Origin: Trichosphaerium sp. ATCC 40318
Taxonomy: Eukaryota > Protista > Tubulinea
Assembly (NCBI GenBank): GCA_038496445.1
Contig: JALMLS010000420.1
Location: 248,001 to 312,000 of the forward strand
DNA: 64,000 nucleotides
Reading direction: 5' to 3'
Within the stretch, counting starts at the first letter, position 1, and every line of letters begins with the position of its first letter. Made by a program: the position numbers and the translations under genes. Under the pieces are notes generated by a model. The model saw nothing but the letters and a program-made list of their open reading frames with translations. It had not been told where the DNA came from and did no database searches. Of this stretch, positions 1-11,233 are shown one piece after another.

Positions 1-378
1 ATTTAGTACATAAGTTCCAAAACCAGCGTCTGTATATGGTATTATTGGAGTGTTTTGGATCACCAAACCAGGAATGTCTTCCAGTAATTGACTGCCTAAC
101 AAACGCATTACGAAAAGAACTATGCAAGCTTCTTATTACCTTGAATGGTTTTAAGGATACTTTTAACCCCTCCGAACCTGGTAGCACCTGGCTTGTCCAA
201 TGACACCAACCCGAAATTTATAAGTTCTACACCAGAGCATAAGTTTCAGTCAATAAAAAAAAACCTTGTCGTACCGAATTCGTTGGTGGCCAAAAAGGTA
301 CCAAGTCCATCCTCCAACCGACTTATAATGGTGGAGTGCAGTTTTGGGCTGGCAAGCTCGCTTGATGAGCACGAAACT
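1..378 (-). CDS. Surface protein family member C (FG-GAP-like), 5' exons; gene runs off the left edge
   Basis: Spliced reading VSCSSSELASPKLHSTIISRLEDGLGTFLATNEF...ATRFGGVKSILKTIQG aligns with the N-terminal exons of paralogs A and B (ELSDPVLYARIQGDTSDGFGSAFLASNDF...RFGAF). First exon not resolved. Confidence 0.65.
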
Positions 379-413
379 ACAATACATCAGAGATTGATTT
401 TGCTTATCGGAAT

Positions 414-1060
414 CCACCTAAACGTTTCTGTTTTGTTGCAAAAAAGCCGAAAATGGTGTGAGTTTTCTGTAAACGACAAATGGGTGAAAGTGGCTGCAAG
501 TGTACTAGGTTTCTTTGTACAGACACCCACAATGACAGGAAACTAAGCCCATTTTTGGGTTTGTTTGACTCTCGCTCACATCTCTGAAACGCATACAAAT
601 AGTCACAATCGGCTATTCTACGCACGTAAAGGCCGTACAGAAGTGGAAATGTTTCGGTGGATGTCGACATAAAAGAAGTGTACCTGATAGAGCGTAAATA
701 CAAATAAAACAAAGATAACAGTATATCTTCGCCATTGTAAGAGTTGCAATGTTTGTTGGATGAGGAGTAATAATGAACAAACTTAATCAAGAAAAACATG
801 AAATGTTTTGTATTACGAGTTTTACGGAGTTAAGATTGCGTTTTTTAGTGTATATCTTAACATCTAAGTGTGTTTTAGTGTATTTTGAATAATTGTTCTG
901 ACGTTTTTGCAGTATTTCGGTCTATTTCATCCTAATATTGGACAATCATTCATTATCTCTTGATTCCGTACCAATGATCTTACTTTCGGTAGCGTGTACA
1001 GAAATTGTAACCTCCAAAGTGAGTAAGTGATGAAAAACTTTCTCGTCTTTTTCTAAAAAC
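414..1060 (+). repeat. ~650-bp intergenic module, copy 1
   Basis: Near-identical to 22500-23148 (direct) and 3690-4339 (inverted). Confidence 0.95.
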
Positions 1061-1189
1061 TCCACAAACCTGTTAAACCAAAACATGCTCAGTTAACGCG
1101 CACATTTTACCGTTTTACTTATTTTTGAGACTCACAAGTACACCGTTTTATGAAACGTTTTTGACGAGCATTTATTTACTTGGATGTCT

Positions 1190-3625
1190 TTACATAAATA
1201 CACAATAATAAGAAATGACAAGCATCAATAGTGATAAAAGTGATACAGTCCACCTTGATGAGTTGCTTGTAATCGTCGATATTGTAATTGGCGGGGTTGT
1301 ATTTGGTGGCGCTGTGGTTGAAACTAATATTGTTGTTGGTGATGTTGTTGTTGGTTGAGAAGTAGTGGGTGCATTTGTAGTCGGTTGAGAAGTAGTGGGT
1401 GCATCTGTTGTCGGTATCATTGTTGGAGGAGGTACACAAGATCCATTACCCAAGTATGATGTGAAACACAGACATTCATTGCCACATCCAATTGTATTGT
1501 CACACTCTTCAGTGTTTGAGTCGAATACACCATTTCCACAATCTGTTTAGATAATGTCAGTATTTACGAGCGTTTCAATGTTCTTGTTTTACAAAGTACG
1601 CACTTGATGAAATATTGATTGTATGACTCACATTAAATGAAACATCAACAAAAGGGTATTCAGTCATGCTCAACATGATATTTACATTTTCTTCACTATC
1701 AGTGGTATTACGTTTGTACTCCACTGTCAATAACATTGATCCATTGGTTCTTTGAGATGTGTTGGTATATGTGACGTTATCACCATTTACTGTAATGTCA
1801 TTGAGTTGAATATCTTGATCCCTAGTTTGCAAATAAGTGAACACAGTCAGATAGGGTAGGTCAGGTAAACGCTTTAGACATACCCTGAAGTATCAATTGT
1901 GACAACCAAGATTCTTGTTTGACATGTATCAAAATCAGTTATGACAGATGTCAAATTGTTTGATTTGAATGAATCAATTTGATACATTGGTTGTTTGAGT
2001 GTTGCTAGAACACAAAGTTAGTGATTGTATTCTAAAAGTATTGCATTGTGTACCCATGTTGTACCATGAAATATATGGAACTGATCCAACAACAAGTTCA
2101 TCAACGCCATCGTCATTTAAGTCCTGACATTGTACACCAGTGATTGTTGTGAGTCCAAGCATCACATGATTACTGATCTCAGACATGATTAATTTTGAAC
2201 CTTGTTCAATACCATCAAGTTGTGTTCCACTTATCCAACCAAATAGATTATTGTCAGGACAACCGAAGCCATAATCAATAATATCATCTCTGTCCAAGTT
2301 CCCTGATGTCATAAAGACCTGTCCTTGTGGACACACATCATTGTATATCTCAAACAGCTCAGTTAGAGAATCATTAATTGCTATTGAAACCAGCCTCAGT
2401 GTCTCTAAAACGTGTTTAAGAAAACTACCATAATATTACAAACAAACTAAAAACTTACGATTATTGTCAGAAACCATAAGAAGAATAGTATTCTCGGTGT
2501 ACCCAACTTGTGTAGCTGATGTAACATTCATGTTTACTTCATATTCTAACCCAAATGTACCATATTGAAAGTTTTCAACACGCATAATTGGCTTAGTTAT
2601 GTCTAGTATGAGATATATACCAGTTGACTGGGTACCGTTAGGTTTAATTAAAGTTCAATGCACGTTATTGCTTGTATCTAGAATGATATTTGTTAGCAGT
2701 TGTCATTTGAACACATGTTGTTTAAGAAAAACAAAGAATAAAACATACGGAAGTATCCCAATATTTGTAAACCATCTATAATTTGTTGAGACTTAACATT
2801 TGGGTTGTCTAGTATCATTATAGAAGTCTCTGAAACTAGCATTTCCGGACTCAAGTCAAATGAATACAGTCCATCACATTGTACAATAATCCCAACTGTT
2901 CCATTTGGTTTGTGCTGTGCAACAACAAACTTTTCGCAAAACTCTCCATTTAGGATTAATTGTACCGGTTGTACCATTGAACCAGGACAATACACATATA
3001 TCTGCAACGTTAACAGGGTATCTAATAGCATGACTTACCTCTGGTCTACTAAGTATATTCGATAGAGTGCAGTCCATTCCTCCAATAATCGCTCGCTCAA
3101 TCTAGATATCAACAGAGTTAGCAAGGAGTCTATAGAATTATAGACTTTGTACATAGGTTCCAAAACGAGAATCTCTTCGTCTCACTGTTGGAACATGCTG
3201 TGTGGTTGTGTGGCACCTCGTCCAGCGATTTGATGCTACAGTGAACGTATTTAGTGGAGGGACAGTGACATTGTTCATATAGTTGTTACCTTCCACGTTA
3301 CTTGTTAGAATCTTGGTAAATGCCCCAAATCTATCAATTCCATTTGTGACGTCTTGTAATGGAGAGAGACGACAATGTACTCTTCACCAGGTAAGCAACA
3401 TACAAAGAGAAATGTGACATACCAAAGTCGTTACTGGCTAAAAATGCACTTCCAAAGCCGTCTGAAGTGTCCCCTTGAATACGTGCATACAGCACGGGAT
3501 CTGATAGCTCGCTGAAAGCAACAGAAACTACACAATGAGTTAATTATTTCCTCTTTTACGAAACCAAAAAGCAAAATACACGCACACAGCAATACAACAC
3601 AGATAAAACACAAACTTGAGAACAT
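1190..3625 (-). CDS. Predicted GPI-anchored surface protein B' (signal peptide, FG-GAP-like repeats, CGNG..EECD Cys-rich module, PT stalk); small indels, possibly a pseudogene
   Basis: Multi-exon. N-terminus MFSSLCFICVVLL; motifs GNLDRDDIIDYGFG and DLNDDGVDELVVG; CGNGVFDSNTEECD; PTTDAPTTSQPTT repeats; hydrophobic C-terminus after SNSS. Indels versus paralogs near 3365, 3235 and 3205. Confidence 0.75.
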
Positions 3626-3689
3626 TTTTTTGTTTGAGTCCTTGCTTGCGATGCTTGAAACGGAGTTAAATGTTTCGGTCGTCATCGGT

Positions 3690-4339
3690 GTTTTTAGAGA
3701 ATAAGACGAGAAAGTTTTTCATCACTTACTCACTTTGGAGGTTACAATTTCTGTACACACTACCGAAAGTAAGATCGTTGGTACGGAATCAAGAGATAAT
3801 GAATGATTGTCCAATATTAGGATGAAATAGACCGAAATACTGCAAAAACGTCAGAATAGTTATTCAAAATACACTAAAACATGTGTAGATGTTAAGATAT
3901 ACACTAAAAACCGCAATTGAAACCATTTTTGTCTCTCCGTAAACTCGTATCACAAACAATTTCATCTTTTTCTCGATTAAGTTCTACTCCTCATCCAACA
4001 AACATTGCAACTCTTACAATGGCAAACCTCGACTGTTATCTTTGTTTTATTTGTGTTTACGCTCTATCAGGTACACTTCTTTTATGTCGACATCCACCGA
4101 AACATTTCCACTTCTGTACGGCCTTTACGTGCGTAGAATAGCCGATTGTGACTATTTGTATGCGTTTCAGAGATGTGAGCGAGAGTCAAACAACCCTAAA
4201 ATGGAGTGAGTTTCCTGTCATTGCGGATGCCTTTACAAAGAGACCAAGTACACTTGCAGCCACTTTCATCAATTTGTCGTTTACAGAAAACTCACACCAT
4301 TTTCGGCTTTTTTGCAACAAAACAGAAACGTTTAGGTGG
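3690..4339 (-). repeat. ~650-bp intergenic module, copy 2 (inverted)
   Basis: Reverse complement of 414-1060 and 22500-23148, with a small internal deletion near 3980. Confidence 0.95.
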
Positions 4340-4615
4340 TTGTCGACATATAGTACACGATGAATAGAACTCACTCTCTGACTCTATGTAGTTTCTATCG
4401 TTGTAGGCATGCACTTGGATCCAGTGATTGTTGGTAGTATTCAAGGGCGCCCTGAAGAGGGATTTGGGAACCCTTCCTATGCAGACAACGTTTGGTGTGC
4501 AACTTGTTAAAAATACTGCTTTTTCTCACTCGATGAAGGCGCTATTCTTTCTGGAGCTCCACAAAGATCTTTGGTGTCGATATGAACAGAAACTTTCCTT
4601 TGGATGGACTGGATT
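4340..4615 (+). pseudogene. Truncated 5' copy of surface gene A fused to a 47-nt carboxypeptidase fragment
   Basis: 4340-4568 is the inverted copy of about 22260-22500 (MHLDPVIVGSIQGRPEEGFGNP...ILSGAPQR). 4569-4615 is the inverted copy of 18756-18803 (FGVDMNRNF region). Confidence 0.85.
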
Positions 4616-4851
4616 GAATGGCTTGTACATAATATTTATTGTCAACAAGGTGGCTTTGTACAACAGAAAAATAAAACAACCGTAACCTACTTTCGACTCG
4701 TTTTGTAACATTGTATATCCGTTCACACACTCAGCTAATTAATACAGGTTCCCTTTGTGTGACAGCAAATCAAACAATACGACATATGTTCTAGAGGAGG
4801 ATTTATTACATCATAATGTTCGTCTTCATTGAGGTGGATTTTTAAGTAGAT

Positions 4852-6686
4852 TTAAATGACGAAGGATCTCTTCTTGTGGAATGTAAAAAAGTAAATTAAA
4901 CTTGCAGTTAGAACCACAATAATAATAACAGCAGCTACAGCAATACCAGCAATAGCTCCATTGCTTAGACCGCTATCATCACATCCATCATTAACTGACC
5001 ATACAACAGAAAGTTGCGTGTCAGTTTCTATTCTTGACAAGTCGTTACATTCACCATCAACATCAGTTGTCAATGTAGTTTGCTCAATGACAGATACATC
5101 ACAACTTGGTGGAATTGTAAGGAGTGTATGAACAGATTCAGAGACTTCTGTGACAACGATATTGAGACTGTCATTGAAAGTTGGACACTTTTGAAATGTG
5201 AGTGTTGCCATTGAAGAAATAAGGAATGTTACTGTCTCTCCCACATTTAAGTTCCCTAGATTTATTGATTAATAAATAGTCACAACGCACTCAACATGTG
5301 ATTATTACCTTGAAAAATAACTGATGTCTCAATACGAAAGTTCATTGCTGACTCAATCACAATATCCTCATTCACAACCCAAACGTCATCAACTTGGCTA
5401 CACTCAGCTCCTGGAAGTTTGTCGCCATTACATACTATTTAAATAACATTAAAAACAGTGTCATAGTTTATCCCGTGTACCTTGCGTTGTAGGAACTTCT
5501 GGTGTTGGGGCTGGCACACATTAGAACGCTTCTAGCCGTTTTAAGCCACGTACCTTGCGTTGTAGGTACTTCTGGTATTGGGGCATCTGTCGGCACTTCA
5601 GATGGAGGCACTGGCACACATTTTCCGTTTATCCCTCAACAAATAGTCAAGAGAAGTGTTGGTAACCCAGTCTCACCTGCATTAAATATCTCTTGCATTT
5701 GTGTTTGACTAAGTGCAATACCATCATAAAAAGTGACCTAGAGGAACTTAATAAATAGTAATAACGACATTTAACAATACCTCATCAATAGTACCATTAA
5801 AGCCTCGTTCACCTCTGTTATTTGAACCAATAAAGACCGGTGTGCTGCTATTTGCAATAATTCGACGTACGATACTAAGTGGTAAACTGTGCCCAACTCC
5901 ATCTGTACATAAGATTAAGCGTCTAACTTAAAAATAAAGTTGTGAACATACCTAAGTATGCAAGGTATTCTCCTGTACTGGTGCTATTGTTCCTACAAAG
6001 TTTTATGAGTTATTTACAGTTACATAAACAAACGAAAATACCAATCAAATGTCAAACCCACGTGATTCCAAGTGCTTGTATTTAACGTCATAGCTAAAGT
6101 AAGGCCAGTTACTGAATTATCTTAGTAGAGTATAAGCGAAGGTTTAGTCATTTTGATCTTTTTGGATTACATACCAACCACAGCAAAAAATCCTATTAGA
6201 TTAGAGAAACTGAGCCGCACATAGAAGCCTACTGTATCAGATTCATGATGAATAATATACTTTTCTTGGGCCGCTGTAGATGCTACAGATATCCACATTT
6301 CAACAGAGAAACTTCCTGTGAGGCGTGTTGGCGTTTTGAGCTGATTACAATTTCAATACCTTGATTTGGGGTAAATATGTCGCCACTGTCCGCTACAATT
6401 GGTGCGTTACCTCCCAAACGTAATCCTTTACCAACACGGCCCTAAATCGATAAATTTTACGCTTATCTTTAAGAAAATTTCATACTTCTACTTGAGAAAA
6501 GTCAGCGCCTGGAACCCCCGTAATGTTACCAATGCGCGAATTGACAGTGTCAAATGTATTATTTACAATCGACTCAAACCTCCACCAACTAGAAATACTT
6601 GGGTCTGGCGATACACACACTGCGTTGACACTAGCAATACATAGTGTAGCGAAAAAGAGTAATTTATACATTTGAATTTTGATCAT
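4852..6686 (-). CDS. Type I membrane protein with LamG/ConA-like jellyroll domain, short PT linker and C-terminal TM helix
   Basis: Signal peptide MYKLLFFATLCIASVNA; SWWRFE, FSVEMWI, WNHVGLTFD, FIGSNNRGERGFNGTIDEVTFY, IFNAGINGKC; TM GAIAGIAVAAVIIIVVLTASLIYFF followed by HKKR. Confidence 0.8.
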
Positions 6687-7758
6687 TGTGATTGGAATAC
6701 ACGTTTTAAAGAAATGAACACTCTGTTAAAGGTATCCCACAATGTGAACCATTCGCGTCCAAAAGGGACAGCAACAAAATTTAGAACAATAGACCATAGA
6801 AGATGATCACAGTGTTTACCTATGCACACTGTACACGGTACGAGCAAACCATGGAAGTATTCAATGAGCTAAAAGCGAATTAAAAAAGGTATGATGCCCT
6901 ATAAAGCTATCGCATTGCCGGCAAAGATGGTATGAATGCCTCAAACACTGTTTGCTAAAATATTTGCTTCAAAAAATCAACGTACGTGTATAACTTACTA
7001 GTGCTACGCTAGCGCCTACCCCACGCTAACAAAAGCGCTCTCGCAGCATCCAAACACCAGGGCAGGTGTAATAAGGTTAAAACCTCCAAAACACTACCAA
7101 TGTTGCTGCAGGCTTTGTAAACGCCGCCGGTGTTAAATATGTAAATAAAAATTTTGGTGTGGGTTATCACGTGGTTTGAAACGGTTGGATTCTCTGGACT
7201 CATGCAAATTTTCAACCACACTTTTCCAAAACAAAACCAGTTTCTGCCCGCTTGTTAGATCTGACGTATTTGACACAGATTTAACACGTCTGACAGGCCT
7301 TGCAAATCCCACTTTTAGATGTGATCTGCCTCGCTCCGGACAGATAATATTTTTATAAATCCTAGCTATTTCGCTTTATCACTCAAGCAAGTAAAGTTCC
7401 AAACAAAAAAAAACATGTAACTTTTTGAAACGTACAAAAGGATGCAAAGGTGTGTGAGTGAAGGGGAGACATTGATGTTGTCTCTTTTGTGACGTTTATT
7501 TACGTATTAGAATCATACTTGGTTCCAGAAAGATCCAAAGCACAAAGGATCATTATGACATTCTGGAGTATTCAAGCAATACAGCACATTCTCTATTGAC
7601 ACAGTTTGATGCGAATATGCAAGGTTGCTCTGTGCAAGTCGGAAACATCTACATTGGTCTCTGCAAGGTACAGTCACTGGTGCTGGGAGTACATTGATTG
7701 ATGAAATGTTGGAGGATCACAGAAAGCGGAGGTGCTTTGTCTAATAAAAAAGGGTAAG

Positions 7759-8172
7759 AAACGCACAAGGCGTTCCTATTAGAGCTACTATTGAGATATT
7801 AAATATCGACTTCTTTTATGGAGAGTCCAACTACGCCAACCCTAAAAATGGCCGATACCATGTTTGGTTACCAACAGGTGCGTGTAAGGATAAATTAAAT
7901 AATAATCTAAAAAACACATACAGGTCAACGCACTGTCAGATTCACGGCACCTGGGTGAATGGGTTTTCGCTTTTTTGATTTTTTGACATTTAAATATTTT
8001 GTTGACATTTATTGTTAATGTATCAATCTGTAAGGTACTCTCCTGTTGAGTTTACAATCCAAATTCCATCTTCGGGCATTATAAGAGAAGTTGTGATGTC
8101 AGAATTGTCAAATCAACAGCCACACATCACTGGAGAATAGCAAAAAATCCCATTTTTCGTTTAATCAGAAAT
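7759..8172 (+). pseudogene. Inverted duplicate of the 3' end (last exons, introns and 3' flank) of the M14 carboxypeptidase gene
   Basis: Near-identical to the reverse complement of 17571-17993 including introns; no upstream catalytic exons. Confidence 0.9.
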
Positions 8173-8339
8173 AAAAAAACAAATAAGCCACTCTTTAACA
8201 ATTTTTTCAACACCATTTGGCTCAATCTACCTTGCTCTTTTACAACACGTGACAAACTCAATAGCAAGAAGATATATCCAATGAACATAGAAATCTGTAA
8301 ATGTACACGGGAGTTTATCTGCTATTGAAGCTTTGAATT

Positions 8340-11123
8340 TTACATAGGTTTGATTTGAGGTATGTATTGATTACCATTAAGTTGTGGTTGTGTACGCATT
8401 TGTGGTGGAGCTTGATTACCACCAATACTGGGTGTTGCAGCTTGGAAGTAATTATCTAGCTTCCTTTGTACAGGTGGTTTAACAATATCCAATTGTGCTT
8501 GTGTAGGCACTGACTTAAAGTCTAGTTGTCCTACAGACTCAGAAAGACCACCCTATAAAACAAATGATATCAGTATTGATTCAAAGGAAAGTTGCTTGTT
8601 TAACACATCCGAAGTTTAAACGAGATTTGACGTACATAGAGGTCGAGATGAGGGTTTTCTTCATGTGCCAAGATTGTACTTTTTATCAGCGTCAAACGCA
8701 ACATAGGCTCTCCTGTTCTACCTGTTTGAACCTATCAATACTTAAGTTAGATGAAGAGGTTTTGGAGTGGAGATTTCATACACAGGCCCTTAGTTTCATC
8801 TTATAAGGAGTAGCCATCACTTCATTTAACTTTTGAGTAAATAGCTGATAATTATTTTCTTTCATGTGTAGTAACTCTGAAGCTGGAATTCCTAACAATG
8901 CTGTCGCTGCTTCATCAAAAGCAGTAACCCTTTGTTTAAAAGGTTAATGGGCTTTTAATTAAAATTGGTGAGGTGTACCAGTGTGTTTTGAAAGATGCGT
9001 CGACAATGTTTAAGGAAACAAGATACCTTACTTGACAGTCGTTGTGAACATGTCCATTGCCACACATGTATAATCCTTGATTATCTCTTTCAGTCTTTTT
9101 ATTACATCCTTTACTACTACACGCCAAATAGTGTAGCGTAGCGTTGGGACCTTCGTGCTTGATATTGGTGATTTTAGCTATTGAGAAGTAAGAAAAAACT
9201 GAGAACTGTCGAACGTACCATTGTTCTCAAAATATATTTTTTTGGTTCCTATTGTGCTCACAGAAATATCTTTGAGTTGTCTATACACCAAATTTGAGTT
9301 TGTTACAGGGCTCCTATTAAAAAAGAATTAGTTCACATGTTGTTGAACAAAATTGTATAGTACTTGACAGGAGACGTCTCAGTTGTCAAGAAAGTTAGTT
9401 TAGGCTTTAGAGTATCCAAGTTGAACCCATTAAACCATGATCTCAATTTGGATATAGCTTCACTCTTACTATCAGGCAGGTTCTGTTTAACTACAGTATG
9501 TCTACTGTGGCTCAAAGTCAAGCCTAACAAACTAAATTAAAACAAATACCTACACTGGTTCTCAGTACCAGAATAGTTCGAACTTCTTGCCCATTTTATA
9601 GCCAACACATCACCTACTTTTCCTTCGAATTCTTTCGCTTTATTTCCCCAAAAAGTAAACCCTACAGCATGCATAGTTTGGTCTACTAACATAACTGTAC
9701 GCTTAACTAATCTACGCCCATCACTCTTTGATATCTCAACAACTTCTCCATATTCACTAAGAACACCAAACGGTAAGAAACAAGCGAAAAAGATTCCTTA
9801 CCAAACAGCACAAAGTGAAGCTTAACGAGGGACAACAAAAAAGAACTATATGAGGACGTACATAATAACTCCAAGAGCATCTATTGGGCTTCCCATTTTC
9901 AAATCCTTTAGATGTTTAAAAGGTATAAAATCCCATCTAATCTTAGGTATATTACTGTCTTCCTCAGTAGGCGTGAATAGTGTTTCTTCAGTAATAACAA
10001 ACTCATAAGGGTAGTTATTGATTTTATACTTGTCATCTGTATTCTTCATCTTAGCTTTTGATAAATAGTACACCTTTCAAAAAAAGTAAGACGATGATCA
10101 CCAACTCAACTTTTAACTAAATATTGACTTACTCCTTGGAGATTAACAATGTCATAGAACTTATCACAGACGTTTGAAAAAGCTAACACCTTAGCCTCAG
10201 TACCCTCACGATCAATAACAATCATTGTAAACATTTCTCCATTCTTGATATTCTACCAAAAGCCAAATTAGTGCAACAGGAATAAGTTACAACACGCACG
10301 TGTTTTTCGCTTTTGTGAACGACCCGAACTTTTGTTTTCCAATTACGAAAGTAAGGGTTTAATGGCTTGAGGGTCACCAATCGCTCAGAAGGCATAGAAG
10401 CTATCGGTGGAGGATTCACGTATCTTACTCTTTCTTCCTAAAAAACTCGTTCATACATCAGCTACAACGATGCATACATACCTTTGGTTCTTGAGGCACT
10501 GATTCTATTATCGCATTTGGTTGTAGTGTACCATACACTGTATACTGAGAAGCTATAGCAACTGGTTTCCCTACATGTGAGTGAATACTTCAGTTTGTCT
10601 TTGTTTGATGAAACTTCAATGCTCTTCCAATTGTTACGTGCCTACAATGTCTTTTTGTGCTGAAACAAACTCCATGTTTAATACAACAAGGACAAAGCTA
10701 CATGGTGAGTAAGTTAAACAAACGCGAGATGGTTTTTTTGTCGTGATTGATTTCTAGGTACCTTTCGCCGTTAGCGGAACGTGAAGTCGTAAACTCGGTT
10801 AATCGAACAGTGGAGTAGTTTTCTACTGGATTATGAAAGCACTTTGCGAGCTTGTTGTTGAAAAACGTCTTAATCCAGTGGACACCGTCTGTTGCCTTTG
10901 CCCTTCAAGGAATAAGTTTTCCACGCGTTAAAAAGACGCTTACGTTGGTTTAATCGGATTTTGCGTGTTAATATCGAATAATTGTACTGTAAGAGATCCG
11001 TTAACATTCTGTGTTACGTATAGGTCTCTGACAGCGTGTTTTGATAGGCCAAAAGAGCTGGAACAAAAATTACTGGAAATGAACTCTTTTACAGCTGAAT
11101 TTCTAAACATACTTTAATGCCAT
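8340..11123 (-). CDS. RPA1: Replication protein A 70 kDa subunit (multi-exon)
   Basis: RPA70N-like N-terminus; LNPYFRNWKTKVRVVHKS, YYLSKAKMK, WDFIPF, IDALGVI; zinc finger in YLACSSKGCNKK; P/Q-rich tail ending in TAA at 8340. Confidence 0.88.
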
Positions 11124-11233
11124 TGTCGCGTTAACTACGTTGGATTGCTTGTTGACTAAGCACGTTTTGAACAATACGGACTATTTCAAAAAAAATGAGT
11201 TTTCATAAATTGTAAGTTACACCAAAAGGCTGA

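Noticed and set aside
404-799. ORFs inside the 650-bp module (404-799, 3917-4374, 22465-22885) as genes or a transposase
   Set aside because: Frames and stops are not conserved among the three copies; no terminal inverted repeats or target-site duplications found
1176-1439. Overlapping Asn/Thr-rich ORFs (MCTSSNN...) in all three stalk regions
   Set aside because: Alternate-frame by-product of the PTT repeat codons
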